This document shows, one piece after another, positions 1-8,356 of a stretch of DNA of 32,000 bases (its first letter is position 1; every line of letters begins with the position of its first letter). A program made the position numbers and the translations under genes. The stretch covers positions 1,959,876 to 1,991,875 of the forward strand of contig NZ_JBHSTI010000008.1 of NCBI RefSeq assembly GCF_042660085.1, given 5' to 3'. Origin of the DNA: Longivirga aurantiaca (lineage in GTDB: Bacteria > Actinomycetota > Actinomycetes > S36-B12 > CAIYMF01). The notes beneath the pieces are model-generated. The model made no database searches, was not told the origin of the DNA, and saw nothing but the letters and a program-made list of their open reading frames with translations.

Positions 1-147
1 CCGGCCATGCCGCCCGGCACGCCGCTCACGCGCGAGCCGACGTACGACGGGGTCTACGTCGCCGGCGACCACCGCGACACCGCCTCGATCCAGGGCGCCC
101 TCGTCTCCGGCCGCCGCATCGCCACCGCCCTCCTCCGTTCTGGATGA
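1..147 (+). CDS. C-terminal end of a FAD-dependent oxidoreductase / amine oxidase-like protein (partial)
   Basis: Open frame from base 1 ending TGA at 145-147; translation PAMPPGTPLTREPTYDGVYVAGDHRDTASIQGALVSGRRIATALLRSG resembles the conserved C-terminal 'VYVAGD...SIQGALxSGRRxA' FAD-binding tail. Confidence 0.7.
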   Translation, partial: PAMPPGTPLTREPTYDGVYVAGDHRDTASIQGALVSGRRIATALLRSG

Positions 148-304
148 AGTCCCCTCCTGACCTCGTCGGCTGCGCCTCCTCGGCAAGCGGGGGCCCACGC
201 ACATCCACGAGAGCCGAACAGACCCGGCCTTCATCGACGCGGTGCGGTGAGGCGGGCGGGCATCGCGAGCGCGCGTCGGCGGCCGCTCGCGTAGGTTCGG
301 CGGC

Positions 305-1045
305 ATGACGACGCGACGCATCCTGGCCACCAGCGGCGGCTTCATGCTGGCCGAGAGCGGGCGCGAGAACGCGCGCCGCCCCGGCGGCACCTTCCTCGAG
401 GCGCTGCGGCTGTCGGGCAAGGACCGGCCGCGCGTGCTGTTCGTGCACACGGCGTCCGGCGACGACAAGAACTACCTCGCCCTGTCGTACCAGGCCACGC
501 GCGACCTCTCGGTGGACGCCGACCACCTCGTGCTCTTCCCCTACCCCAACCAGACGCCGGAGGAGGCGTTCGGCCAGGCCGACGTCGTCTGGGTCGGCGG
601 CGGATCGGTCGCGAACCTCCTCGCGCTCTGGCGCGTGCACGGCGTCGACGAGGCCGCGCGCGACGCGTGGGAGCGCGGCGTCGTCCTCGGCGGCGTGAGC
701 GCCGGCTCGATCTGCTGGCACGTCGGCGGTACGACGGACTCCTACGGACCCGATCTGCGCATCGTCACCGGCGGCCTCTGCCTGATCCCGTACGGCAACG
801 GCGTCCACTACGACAGCGAGGCGCAGCGCCGTCCGATGCTGCAGTCGCTCGTGCGCAGCGGCGAGCTGCCGCTGTCGTACTGCACCGACGACCGCGTCGG
901 GATCCTGTACGAGGGCACCGAGCCGGTCCGCGTGATCACCGACTACGACGTCGACCCCGAGACCGGGCCTGCGGCGTACCGCGTCGAGCGCACCGCCGAC
1001 GGCGGCGTTGTCGAGACCAGGTTCGCCCCCGGCCCCATCGCCTGA
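305..1045 (+). CDS. Cyanophycinase / peptidase E-like (S51 family) protein
   Basis: GGVSAGSICW nucleophile motif and VWVGGGSVANLLALWR in a 246 aa ORF with coding-like composition. Confidence 0.8.
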   Translation: MTTRRILATSGGFMLAESGRENARRPGGTFLEALRLSGKDRPRVLFVHTASGDDKNYLALSYQATRDLSVDADHLVLFPYPNQTPEEAFGQADVVWVGGGSVANLLALWRVHGVDEAARDAWERGVVLGGVSAGSICWHVGGTTDSYGPDLRIVTGGLCLIPYGNGVHYDSEAQRRPMLQSLVRSGELPLSYCTDDRVGILYEGTEPVRVITDYDVDPETGPAAYRVERTADGGVVETRFAPGPIA

Positions 1046-1062
1046 CCCGCCTCGAGCATCAC

Positions 1063-1111
1063 CCGTCAAGGACAGGAACCGCCCTTCACGGGCGTGCTCT
1101 GTCCTTGACGG
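1063..1111. terminator. Long intergenic stem-loop (13-bp perfect outer stem, 5-bp inner stem), probable terminator
   Basis: CCGTCAAGGACAG (1063-1075) pairs perfectly with CTGTCCTTGACGG (1099-1111); inner CGCCC-TTCAC-GGGCG at 1080-1094. Confidence 0.65.
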
Positions 1112-1164
1112 AAGAACTCGGGCCGGCGGCGGCACGATCATGGCGGCTGTGGTGAGGTGGGCTT

Positions 1165-2103
1165 ATGAAGACCACCACGATCCCCCTGCTGACCGCCAAG
1201 CCCGTGCCGGTGATCGGCGTCGGTGCGATGCCGCTGTCGAACGCCCGCCCCGACGGCACGACGATGCCGCTCGAGGACGCCATCGCGGTCCTGCACCACG
1301 CGTTCGACGCCGGGCTGCGCCTCGTCGACACCGCCGACATCTACGCGCCCAGCGCGTCCGAGGTCGGGCACAACGAGCGCATCGTCGGTGAGGCCGTCCG
1401 CACCTGGTCGGGCGGCCGCGACCTCATCGTCGTCGTCACCAAGATCGGGATCACGCGTACGCCGGGCCCGCCCGAGAGCGAGTGGGGGCGCGACGGCTCG
1501 CGCGACTACCTGCTGCGAGCAGCCGAGGCCAGCGTGACCGCGCTCGGCTTCGAGCCCGACGTGATCATCAACCACCGCGTCAACCGCGCGCAGCAGCCGT
1601 ACGCCGAGACCGTGCGCGGCATGCTCGCCGTCCGCGACGCCGGCTTCGCACCGGCGATCGGCATCGGCAACATCAACCTCGCCGAGGCCCAGACTGCGTG
1701 GGAGGTCACGCAGGGCACGGTCGGCGCCGTCGAGAACGAGCGCAGCCCCCGCTACCGCGGCGACACCGACGTGTTCGAGTGGGCGATCGCGAACAACGTC
1801 GCGTTCTTCCCGTGGTCGCCGTTCGGCGGAGGCGACGACGCCAAGAACCTGCCGACGGCGTACCCCGAGTTCGCCGCCGTCGCGGCCGAGCTCACGGAAT
1901 CGACCGGCACCGAGGTGACCGCGCACGAGGTGGCGCTCGCGTGGCTCATCGCGCAGGGCCCGACCGTCGTGCCGATCCCGGGGTTCACCCGGTTCGCCAC
2001 GGCCGACTCCGCCGCGCGGGCGGCGTACCTCGACCTCAGCGCCGAGCAGCTCGCCCGCCTCGACGCCACCGAGGGCACCAACGAGTCGGTCTACCCCGAC
2101 TGA
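1165..2103 (+). CDS. Aldo/keto reductase
   Basis: GLRLVDTADIYAPSASEVGHNERIVGEAV, FFPWSPFGGG and IPGFTR motifs typical of the AKR fold. Confidence 0.9.
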   Translation: MKTTTIPLLTAKPVPVIGVGAMPLSNARPDGTTMPLEDAIAVLHHAFDAGLRLVDTADIYAPSASEVGHNERIVGEAVRTWSGGRDLIVVVTKIGITRTPGPPESEWGRDGSRDYLLRAAEASVTALGFEPDVIINHRVNRAQQPYAETVRGMLAVRDAGFAPAIGIGNINLAEAQTAWEVTQGTVGAVENERSPRYRGDTDVFEWAIANNVAFFPWSPFGGGDDAKNLPTAYPEFAAVAAELTESTGTEVTAHEVALAWLIAQGPTVVPIPGFTRFATADSAARAAYLDLSAEQLARLDATEGTNESVYPD

Positions 2104-2143
2104 GTACCTATCGGTGAAGGCCGGAACTGTTGCGCTCTCAGCA

Positions 2144-2173
2144 GCGAAGGCCCCTACCGGGCGGGGGCTTCGC
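2144..2173. terminator. Terminator-like hairpin after the aldo/keto reductase gene
   Basis: GCGAAGgCCCC / GGGGgCTTCGC inverted repeat with 8-nt loop; no T-tract. Confidence 0.6.
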
Positions 2174-2276
2174 CCATCGTCGCCCGGCGGGGGCCCACCC
2201 TTCATCGCAAACCCGGGGGTACGCCGAGAGCGAGCGGGTGGGGCGGTGCGGCGGGGGCGGGCTTAGGCTGGCCGTC

Positions 2277-3044
2277 GTGACTGCGGAGACGACGACGTAC
2301 GCCGGGCTGCTCGCTGCGCCGAGCACCGCGCTGTCGTACCGCGTCGTCGGCCTCGGGCCCGGGCTCGTGCCGTACGCCGACGCCTGGGACCTGCAGCGCG
2401 CCACGCACGACCGCGTCGTCACCAGCGGCTCCCCCGGCGAGATCCTCCTGCTCGAGCACCCGCCCACCTACACCGCCGGCAAGCGCACCCGCCCCGCCGA
2501 CCGCCCGACCGACGGCACCCCCGTGGTCGACGTCGACCGCGGCGGCCAGATCACCTGGCACGGCCCCGGCCAGCTCGTCGGCTACCCGATCGTGCGTCTC
2601 GCCGAGCCCGTCGACGTGGTCGAGCACGTCCGCGTGCTCGAGGACGTCCTCATGAAGGTCTGCGCCGGCTTCGGCCTCGAGACGATGCGCGTCGAGGGCC
2701 GCACCGGCGTCTGGGTGGCCGCCGACACCCCGCTGCAGGGCACGCGCCCCGAGCGCAAGGTGGCCGCCGACACCCCGCTGCAGGGCACGCGCCCCGAGCG
2801 CAAGGTGGCCGCGATCGGCGTCCGCGTCAGCCGCGGCGTCACCATGCACGGCTTCGCGCTCAACTGCGACTGCGACCTCAGCTGGTTCGACCGCATCGTG
2901 CCGTGCGGCATCGAGGACGCCGGCGTCACGAGCCTCACCGCCGAGCTCGGCCGCACCATAACCGTGCAGGACGCCCTCGGCCCCGTCATCGCGGGGCTCG
3001 CCGCGCAGTACGGAACCCTCGTCGAGCAGAACCAGGAAGGCTGA
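2277..3044 (+). CDS. lipB: Lipoyl(octanoyl) transferase LipB, carrying a 15-aa in-frame tandem duplication
   Basis: [69 protein letters not shown]; GTG start at 2277; immediately followed by lipA. Confidence 0.95.
   Translation: MTAETTTYAGLLAAPSTALSYRVVGLGPGLVPYADAWDLQRATHDRVVTSGSPGEILLLEHPPTYTAGKRTRPADRPTDGTPVVDVDRGGQITWHGPGQLVGYPIVRLAEPVDVVEHVRVLEDVLMKVCAGFGLETMRVEGRTGVWVAADTPLQGTRPERKVAADTPLQGTRPERKVAAIGVRVSRGVTMHGFALNCDCDLSWFDRIVPCGIEDAGVTSLTAELGRTITVQDALGPVIAGLAAQYGTLVEQNQEG
2715..2804 (+). repeat. Exact tandem duplication, two 45-bp copies (2715-2759, 2760-2804)
   Basis: GTGGCCGCCGACACCCCGCTGCAGGGCACGCGCCCCGAGCGCAAG repeated twice without mismatch; encodes [15 protein letters not shown] x2. 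Confidence 0.97.
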
Positions 3045-3045
3045 C

Positions 3046-4056
3046 GTGACCGACTCGGTCGGAACGACCACGCCCAGCCACGACGACGTCGTGCAGACCG
3101 CACCCGACGGCCGCCGCATGCTGCGGATCGAGGCGCGCAACGCCGAGGTGCCGATCGAGCGCAAGCCCAGCTGGATCAAGACCACGCTGAGGACCGGCCC
3201 GGAGTTCCAGCGCATCAGCGGCATGGTGAAGTCCGAGGGCCTGCACACGGTGTGCCAGGAGGCGGGCTGCCCCAACATCTACGAGTGCTGGGAGGACGCC
3301 GAGGCCACGTTCCTCATCGGCGGCAGCCAGTGCTCGCGCCGCTGCGACTTCTGCCAGATCGACACCGGCCGCCCCGACCCCCTCGACCGCGACGAGCCCC
3401 GCCGCGTGGCGGAGTCGGTGGCCACGATGGGCCTGCGGTACGCCACGGTCACCGGCGTCGCCCGCGACGACCTCCCCGACGAGGGCGCCTGGCTCTACGC
3501 AGAGACGGTCCGCAAGATCCACGAGCTCAACCCGGGCACCGGCGTCGAGGTGCTCATCCCCGACTTCTCCGGCAAGCCCGAGCTCCTCCAGCAGGTGTTC
3601 GACGCCGCCCCCGAGGTGCTCGCGCACAACGTCGAGACCGTGCCGCGCATCTTCAAGCGCATCCGTCCGGCGTTCCGGTACGACCGGTCCCTCGACGTCA
3701 TCACCCAGGCCCGTGCCGCGGGGATGGTCACCAAGTCCAACCTGATCCTGGGCATGGGCGAGGAGATCCCCGAGGTCGTGCAGGCCCTGCACGACCTGCA
3801 CGACGCCGGCTGCGACCTGATCACCATCACGCAGTACCTGCGGCCGAGCCCCAAGCATCACCCGGTCACCCGCTGGGTGAAGCCCGAGGAGTTCGTCGAG
3901 CTCGCCGAGACCGCTACCGCGATCGGCTTCGCCGGTGTGATGAGCGGCCCGCTCGTGCGCTCGTCGTACCGTGCCGGGCGCCTGCACCAGCAGGCGCTCG
4001 AGGCCCGGGCCACGGGCGGGGCGGCCACGATCGTGACCGGCGGAGCCACCGCCTGA
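3046..4056 (+). CDS. lipA: Lipoyl synthase LipA (radical SAM)
   Basis: [28 protein letters not shown] radical-SAM cysteine motif, [20 protein letters not shown]; GTG start. Confidence 0.97.
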   Translation: MTDSVGTTTPSHDDVVQTAPDGRRMLRIEARNAEVPIERKPSWIKTTLRTGPEFQRISGMVKSEGLHTVCQEAGCPNIYECWEDAEATFLIGGSQCSRRCDFCQIDTGRPDPLDRDEPRRVAESVATMGLRYATVTGVARDDLPDEGAWLYAETVRKIHELNPGTGVEVLIPDFSGKPELLQQVFDAAPEVLAHNVETVPRIFKRIRPAFRYDRSLDVITQARAAGMVTKSNLILGMGEEIPEVVQALHDLHDAGCDLITITQYLRPSPKHHPVTRWVKPEEFVELAETATAIGFAGVMSGPLVRSSYRAGRLHQQALEARATGGAATIVTGGATA

Positions 4057-4138
4057 CACCTGTGCCGGGGCGGTTCGTCGCGGGCCTCCGAGGCGTCTAC
4101 CCTGGGGGCCTCACCATCGACCACCGGAGCGCACACCC

Positions 4139-4813
4139 GTGAGCAGCAACGCGCCCAGCCCGGCCCCCCGCGGCCGCATCGCGCAGATCCGCGAGACGTA
4201 CAAGCTGACCCGTCGCGCCGACCCGAAGATCCCGTGGATCCTCGCCGGTGTCTTCCTCGGCGTCCTGCTGGTCATGGTGGCGCTCGGCGCCGTGTTCGGC
4301 CCGCTGTGGTTCTGGATCGTGCTCGGCGTCCCGACCGCCCTGCTCGCAGCCACCTACATCTTCGCCCGCCGCGCCGAGTCGGCGGCGTACGCCTCGATCG
4401 AGGGGCAGGCCGGCGCCGCCGCCTCCGCGCTCTCCACGCTGCGCTCGGGCTGGTACGTCACCCCGGCCGTCGCCGTCACGAAGAACCAGGACGTCGTGCA
4501 CCGCGTGCTCGGCCGTCCGGGCGTGATCCTGGTGTCCGAGGCCCCCGCGAGCCGTGCGGCGAACCTGCTGGCCAACGAGCGCAAGCGGCACGCACGCTAC
4601 GTCGGCGAGACGCCGATCATCGAGGTGCAGTCCGGCAACGAGCCCGGCCAGGTGCCGATCCGCAAGCTGCAGCGGCACGTGATGAAGCTGCCGCGCTCGC
4701 TGAAGCCCGCACAGGTCAGCACGCTGCGCAAGCGCCTCGACGCCCTCACCACCACACCGCTGCCGATCCCCAAGGGCCCGCTGCCCAAGGGCACCAAGAT
4801 CCCCCGCAGCTGA
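4139..4813 (+). CDS. DUF4191-type membrane protein
   Basis: Two N-terminal TM helices, IRETYKLTRRADPKIPWI start, position directly after lipA as commonly seen in actinobacteria. Confidence 0.8.
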   Translation: MSSNAPSPAPRGRIAQIRETYKLTRRADPKIPWILAGVFLGVLLVMVALGAVFGPLWFWIVLGVPTALLAATYIFARRAESAAYASIEGQAGAAASALSTLRSGWYVTPAVAVTKNQDVVHRVLGRPGVILVSEAPASRAANLLANERKRHARYVGETPIIEVQSGNEPGQVPIRKLQRHVMKLPRSLKPAQVSTLRKRLDALTTTPLPIPKGPLPKGTKIPRS

Positions 4814-4834
4814 TCCCTCCGCCGCCCGGACAAT

Positions 4835-4896
4835 TGCCCCCGGAACTGTTGCTTCCCGAGCCGTTCGGTCGTGACTTCACGACCGAACCGGGGGCA
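4835..4896. terminator. Nested inverted repeats after the DUF4191-type gene, terminator-like
   Basis: Inner GTTCGGTCGTGA (4863-4874) / TCACGACCGAAC (4877-4888) perfect; outer TGCCCCCGG (4835-4843) / CCGGGGGCA (4888-4896). Confidence 0.55.
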
Positions 4897-4922
4897 CATT
4901 CCCGGCGCAGGAAGGTGCTGGC

Positions 4923-5108
4923 GTGACGGCCCTGCCGAACATCGGCGCCCCGGCGACGCGCGCGCTCACCATCGAGGGCATCACCACGCTCGAGTCGGTC
5001 GCCGGCCGTCCGGCGCGGCGGCTGCTCGCGCTGCACGGCGTCGGGCCCCGCGCGATCCGCATCCTCTCCGAGGCGCTCGAGGCCGCCGGCCTCGAGCCCC
5101 TCACCTGA
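4923..5108 (+). CDS. Small helix-hairpin-helix protein
   Basis: NIGAPATRALTIEGITTLESVAG...LLALHGVGPRAIRIL HhH pattern; 61 aa, GTG start. Confidence 0.75.
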   Translation: MTALPNIGAPATRALTIEGITTLESVAGRPARRLLALHGVGPRAIRILSEALEAAGLEPLT

Positions 5109-5150
5109 GCGCCTGCCCCTCGGGCTGCCCCAGACCTCAGGCTGACGCCG

Positions 5151-5411
5151 ATGCAGGGCCGCAGCACCGACGACATGCTCGGCATCGGGCAGCTCGCCCG
5201 GCTCGCCGGGCTGTCGGTCGGCGCGCTGCGCCACAACGACGAGGTCGGCGCGGTCATCGCCGAGGACGACCCCGCCGTACGCCGTGCGCTCCTCGCCCGG
5301 CACCGCGACCCGGTCGCCACGCGGGTCACGCCGCTCCAGCGGGTCCTGCACCGGCTCACCCACCTCGTCGACCCCGACCAGGGGCACGACCACTCCCCCG
5401 AGGAGCACGTC
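5151..5411 (+). pseudogene. Shortened MerR-family regulator remnant
   Basis: GIGQLARLAGLSVGALRHNDEVG matches a MerR N-terminal HTH, followed directly by AVIAEDDPAVRRALLARHRD, with the rest of the DNA-binding domain missing; frame stays open into the next CDS. Confidence 0.5.
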
Positions 5412-5741
5412 ATGTCGCAGACCACCACCGGCAGCCTCGACGCCGGCCCGCAGACCGCGCTCGCCAAGGCCCTCTACAACCGCGTGTGGGAGCCGCTCGA
5501 GAAGAGCGACCGCACAGCGGCGGACGACGAGGAGCTCGTGCACACCGCGCACGCCTCCCGGCACTTCTGGACCGCGGTCGGCACCGAGAAGAACGAGGCG
5601 CTCGCCCGCGCGTACGCCGTCGCCGGCGACAAGGCCGCGGCGGTCGAGTGGAAGGCCAAGGCCGTGGCGCGCCTGGCCGAGGTGGACGACACCGACGACC
5701 GCGAGATCGTCGCGGGCGACCTGACCACGCTGCCGGTCTGA
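5412..5741 (+). CDS. Small protein with HTAHASRHFW motif, a TPR-like family often seen beside MerR regulators; appears internally shortened
   Basis: ATG at 5412 with GAGGAG upstream; LYNRVWEPLEKSDRTAADDEELVHTAHASRHFWTAVGTEKNEALARAYAVAGD...DDREIVAGDLTTLP. Confidence 0.55.
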   Translation: MSQTTTGSLDAGPQTALAKALYNRVWEPLEKSDRTAADDEELVHTAHASRHFWTAVGTEKNEALARAYAVAGDKAAAVEWKAKAVARLAEVDDTDDREIVAGDLTTLPV

Positions 5742-5753
5742 GGTCGGGCCGCG

Positions 5754-6263
5754 TCAGCGGCGGACGAGCACCAGACCGAGCGAGCGGTCGTGCAGGCCCC
5801 GCATGTCGCGGTCCCAGATCACGGCCGGGACGAGCAGGCACACCTGCAGGCTGCGCAGGAACGCGCGGCCGAAGCCCGGGGGCATGCCGTCCAGGCGCAG
5901 GACGCCGATCCCGAACACCCGCTGGCCGAACGACGATCCCGTCGCCCAGGTGAGCAGCGTGAGCTGCACCAGGAACACGCCCATCGTGGCGAAGCTCGAC
6001 TCCGGGGTGCCGTAGGCGAGGCCGGAGAACAGCAGGCGCACGAGCAGCACGCACGCGAACCAGTCGAGGAACAGGGCGCCGATCCGGCGGCCCCAGCGGG
6101 CGATCGAGCCCGGGCCGTCGTCGGGGAGACCGAGGCGCTGCCCGGGGTAGTCCTGCGTCGGCGGCAGCACCGAGCCGGGGCCCGACAGCCACGACCCGAG
6201 GTCGCGCCTGGTCAGCCCGCGCGACTGCTGCTCTCCGTCGGGTGCGTTCTGCTCACCTGCCAC
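5754..6263 (-). CDS. RDD family membrane protein
   Basis: ARWGRRIGALFLDWFACVLL, GQRVFGIGVLRLDG, MRGLHDRSLGLVLVRR motifs. Confidence 0.88.
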   Translation of the reverse strand: MAGEQNAPDGEQQSRGLTRRDLGSWLSGPGSVLPPTQDYPGQRLGLPDDGPGSIARWGRRIGALFLDWFACVLLVRLLFSGLAYGTPESSFATMGVFLVQLTLLTWATGSSFGQRVFGIGVLRLDGMPPGFGRAFLRSLQVCLLVPAVIWDRDMRGLHDRSLGLVLVRR

Positions 6264-6317
6264 CGGGCAAGGCTAAGCGGCGCACGACGACCCCGCCGAC
6301 CGAGGTCCGGTCGCCCC

Positions 6318-6370
6318 GCGTCAGGGCGGCGTCAGGGTTCCCGCCACGGCGTCAGGATCGCGTCAAGATC
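6318..6370 (+). promoter_or_regulatory. Four 11-bp direct-repeat units, candidate OmpR/PhoB-family response-regulator binding array
   Basis: GCGTCAGGGCG (6318), GCGTCAGGGTT (6329), GCGTCAGGATC (6349), GCGTCAAGATC (6360); starts spaced 11, 20, 11 bp. Confidence 0.6.
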
Positions 6371-6408
6371 GCGCGAACCACCGGCCTCGGCGGGCGTACG
6401 ACGTAGTC

Positions 6409-8334
6409 GTGAGCATCCTCAAGCGCGCCTTCGTCGGCAGCCCCATCGACTCCTCCGAAGGCCACCGCACCCTGCTGTCCAAGCGCCTCGCACTGCCGAT
6501 CTTCTGCAGCGACCCGCTCTCGAGCGTCGCCTACGCGACCGACCAGATCCTCCTGGTGCTCGTGCTCGGCGGCGCCGCAGCCCTGATGTTCACGCCGTGG
6601 GTCGCCCTGGCCGTCATCGCGCTGCTCGCGATCGTCGTGACGTCGTACCGGCGCACGGTGCACGCCTACCCGAACGGCGGCGGAGCGTACGCCGTAGCCC
6701 AGGACAACTTCGGGCAGCGCACGGCGCTCGTCGCTGCGAGCGCGCTCATCGTCGACTACATCCTGACCGTGGCCGTGTCCGTGACGTCCGGGGTCGCCAA
6801 CTTCACCTCGGCCTTCCCCGATCTCGCCCCGTACACCGTGGAGATCAGCGTCGGCCTCGTCATCGGCCTCACGCTCATGAACCTCCGCGGCGTGCGCGAG
6901 TCCGGCAAGGCGTTCGCGGCACCGACGTACCTCTTCATCATCAGCGTGGTCGTGCTCATCGTGGTGGGCGCGGTGAAGATGCTGCTCGGCCAGCCGGTGG
7001 TGGCTGAGTCGGCTTCGCTCACGTCCGACGCCGCCCAGGCCACAGGCGCAGCTGCGATCTTCCTGCTGCTGCGCGCGTTCGCCTCGGGCTGCACCGCGCT
7101 CACGGGTGTCGAGGCGATCTCCAACGGCGTCCCCTACTTCAAGCCGCCGAAGTCACGGAACGCCGCCGGCACGCTGCTCGCCATGGGCGTGCTCGCCATC
7201 ACGATGTTCGGCGGTGTCACCTGGCTCGCGATCGCGTCCGGCGTCAAGCTCTCCGAGGACAACGCGACCCTCGGGCTCCCGGCCGACGTCGTGCAGCCGA
7301 CCGTGCTGGCGCAGCTCGGGACGGCCGTCTTCGGGAGCGGCTCGATCGGGTTCTTCGCGCTGCAGATCTTCACCACCGCCGTGCTCGTGCTCGCCGCGAA
7401 CACCGCCTACAACAGCTTCCCGATCATGGCCTCGGTGCTCGGCCGCGACGGCTACCTGCCCCGTCAGTTCGGACGCCGCGGCGACAAGCTCGTCTTCAGC
7501 AACGGCATCCTGTTCCTCGCCGGCTCGTCGGTGCTGCTGATCGTCGCGTTCGACGCGAGCGTGACCCGGCTGGTGCAGCTCTACATCCTCGGTGTCTTCC
7601 TGTCGTTCACGATCTCCCAGTCCGGGATGGTCAAGCACTGGTCGCGCCAGATGCGCACGGCGCCCGCGGCGGAGCGTCGCCGCATGGCCCGCGACCGGAT
7701 CATCAACGGCCTCGGTGCCTCCGTGACCGCCGTGGTGCTCGTGATCGTGGTGGTCACGAAGTTCACCCACGGCGCGTGGCTCGTGATCATCGCCGTGCCG
7801 CTCTTCTACGCCGTGATGGTGGGCATCCACCGCCACTACCGGTCGCTCGACGAGCGGATGTCGCCCGCGCCGGGCGGCGTGGTGCTGCCGAGCCGCGTCC
7901 AGGCCCTCGTCCTCGTCTCACGGCTGCACGCGCCGGCGATGCAGGCGCTGGCGTTCGCGCGCGCCACCCGGCCCGACCACCTCGAGGCCGTGCACGTCGT
8001 GACCGACCGCAGCGACGTGCCGAGCCTGCAGCAGGCCTGGGCCGACCGCGGGATCCCCGTGCCGCTGGTGTGCCTGGAGTCGCCGTACCGCGACCTGACC
8101 CAGCCGGTGCTCGAGCATGTGCGGCAGATGCGTCGCACGAGCCCGCGCGACATCGTCGCGGTCTTCGTGCCCGAGTACGTCGTGACCCACTGGTGGGAGG
8201 CGCTGCTGCACAACCAGAGCGCCCTCCGGCTCAAGGTGCGCCTCCGTCAGGAGAAGGGCGTCATCGTGATCTCGGTGCCGCTGCAGCTCGAGGACGCGCC
8301 CATCGAGGGCCCGGTCGAGGCGGCGGTGCGGTGA
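6409..8334 (+). CDS. KimA-like APC superfamily permease (candidate potassium importer)
   Basis: LSKRLALPIFCSDPLSSVAYATDQIL, VTSYRRTVHAYPNGGGAYAVAQDNFG, VDYILTVAVSVTSGVANFTSAFP; 12 TM plus C-terminal soluble region; GTG start. Confidence 0.8.
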   Translation: MSILKRAFVGSPIDSSEGHRTLLSKRLALPIFCSDPLSSVAYATDQILLVLVLGGAAALMFTPWVALAVIALLAIVVTSYRRTVHAYPNGGGAYAVAQDNFGQRTALVAASALIVDYILTVAVSVTSGVANFTSAFPDLAPYTVEISVGLVIGLTLMNLRGVRESGKAFAAPTYLFIISVVVLIVVGAVKMLLGQPVVAESASLTSDAAQATGAAAIFLLLRAFASGCTALTGVEAISNGVPYFKPPKSRNAAGTLLAMGVLAITMFGGVTWLAIASGVKLSEDNATLGLPADVVQPTVLAQLGTAVFGSGSIGFFALQIFTTAVLVLAANTAYNSFPIMASVLGRDGYLPRQFGRRGDKLVFSNGILFLAGSSVLLIVAFDASVTRLVQLYILGVFLSFTISQSGMVKHWSRQMRTAPAAERRRMARDRIINGLGASVTAVVLVIVVVTKFTHGAWLVIIAVPLFYAVMVGIHRHYRSLDERMSPAPGGVVLPSRVQALVLVSRLHAPAMQALAFARATRPDHLEAVHVVTDRSDVPSLQQAWADRGIPVPLVCLESPYRDLTQPVLEHVRQMRRTSPRDIVAVFVPEYVVTHWWEALLHNQSALRLKVRLRQEKGVIVISVPLQLEDAPIEGPVEAAVR

Positions 8335-8356
8335 CGCCGGTGGAAGACTCGACGGC

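Noticed and set aside
4090-4115. TACCC-TGGGGG and GAGGC...GCCTC sequence after lipA considered as another CsoR-like site or terminator
   Set aside because: Lacks the AT-flanked symmetric ends and has a long loop; not distinguishable from background in GC-rich DNA.
6264-6408. Possible c-di-AMP (ydaO-type) riboswitch upstream of the KimA-like gene
   Set aside because: The region is only 145 bp and dominated by the 11-bp repeats; I could not recognise the riboswitch's conserved pseudo-symmetric core. Infernal would be decisive.
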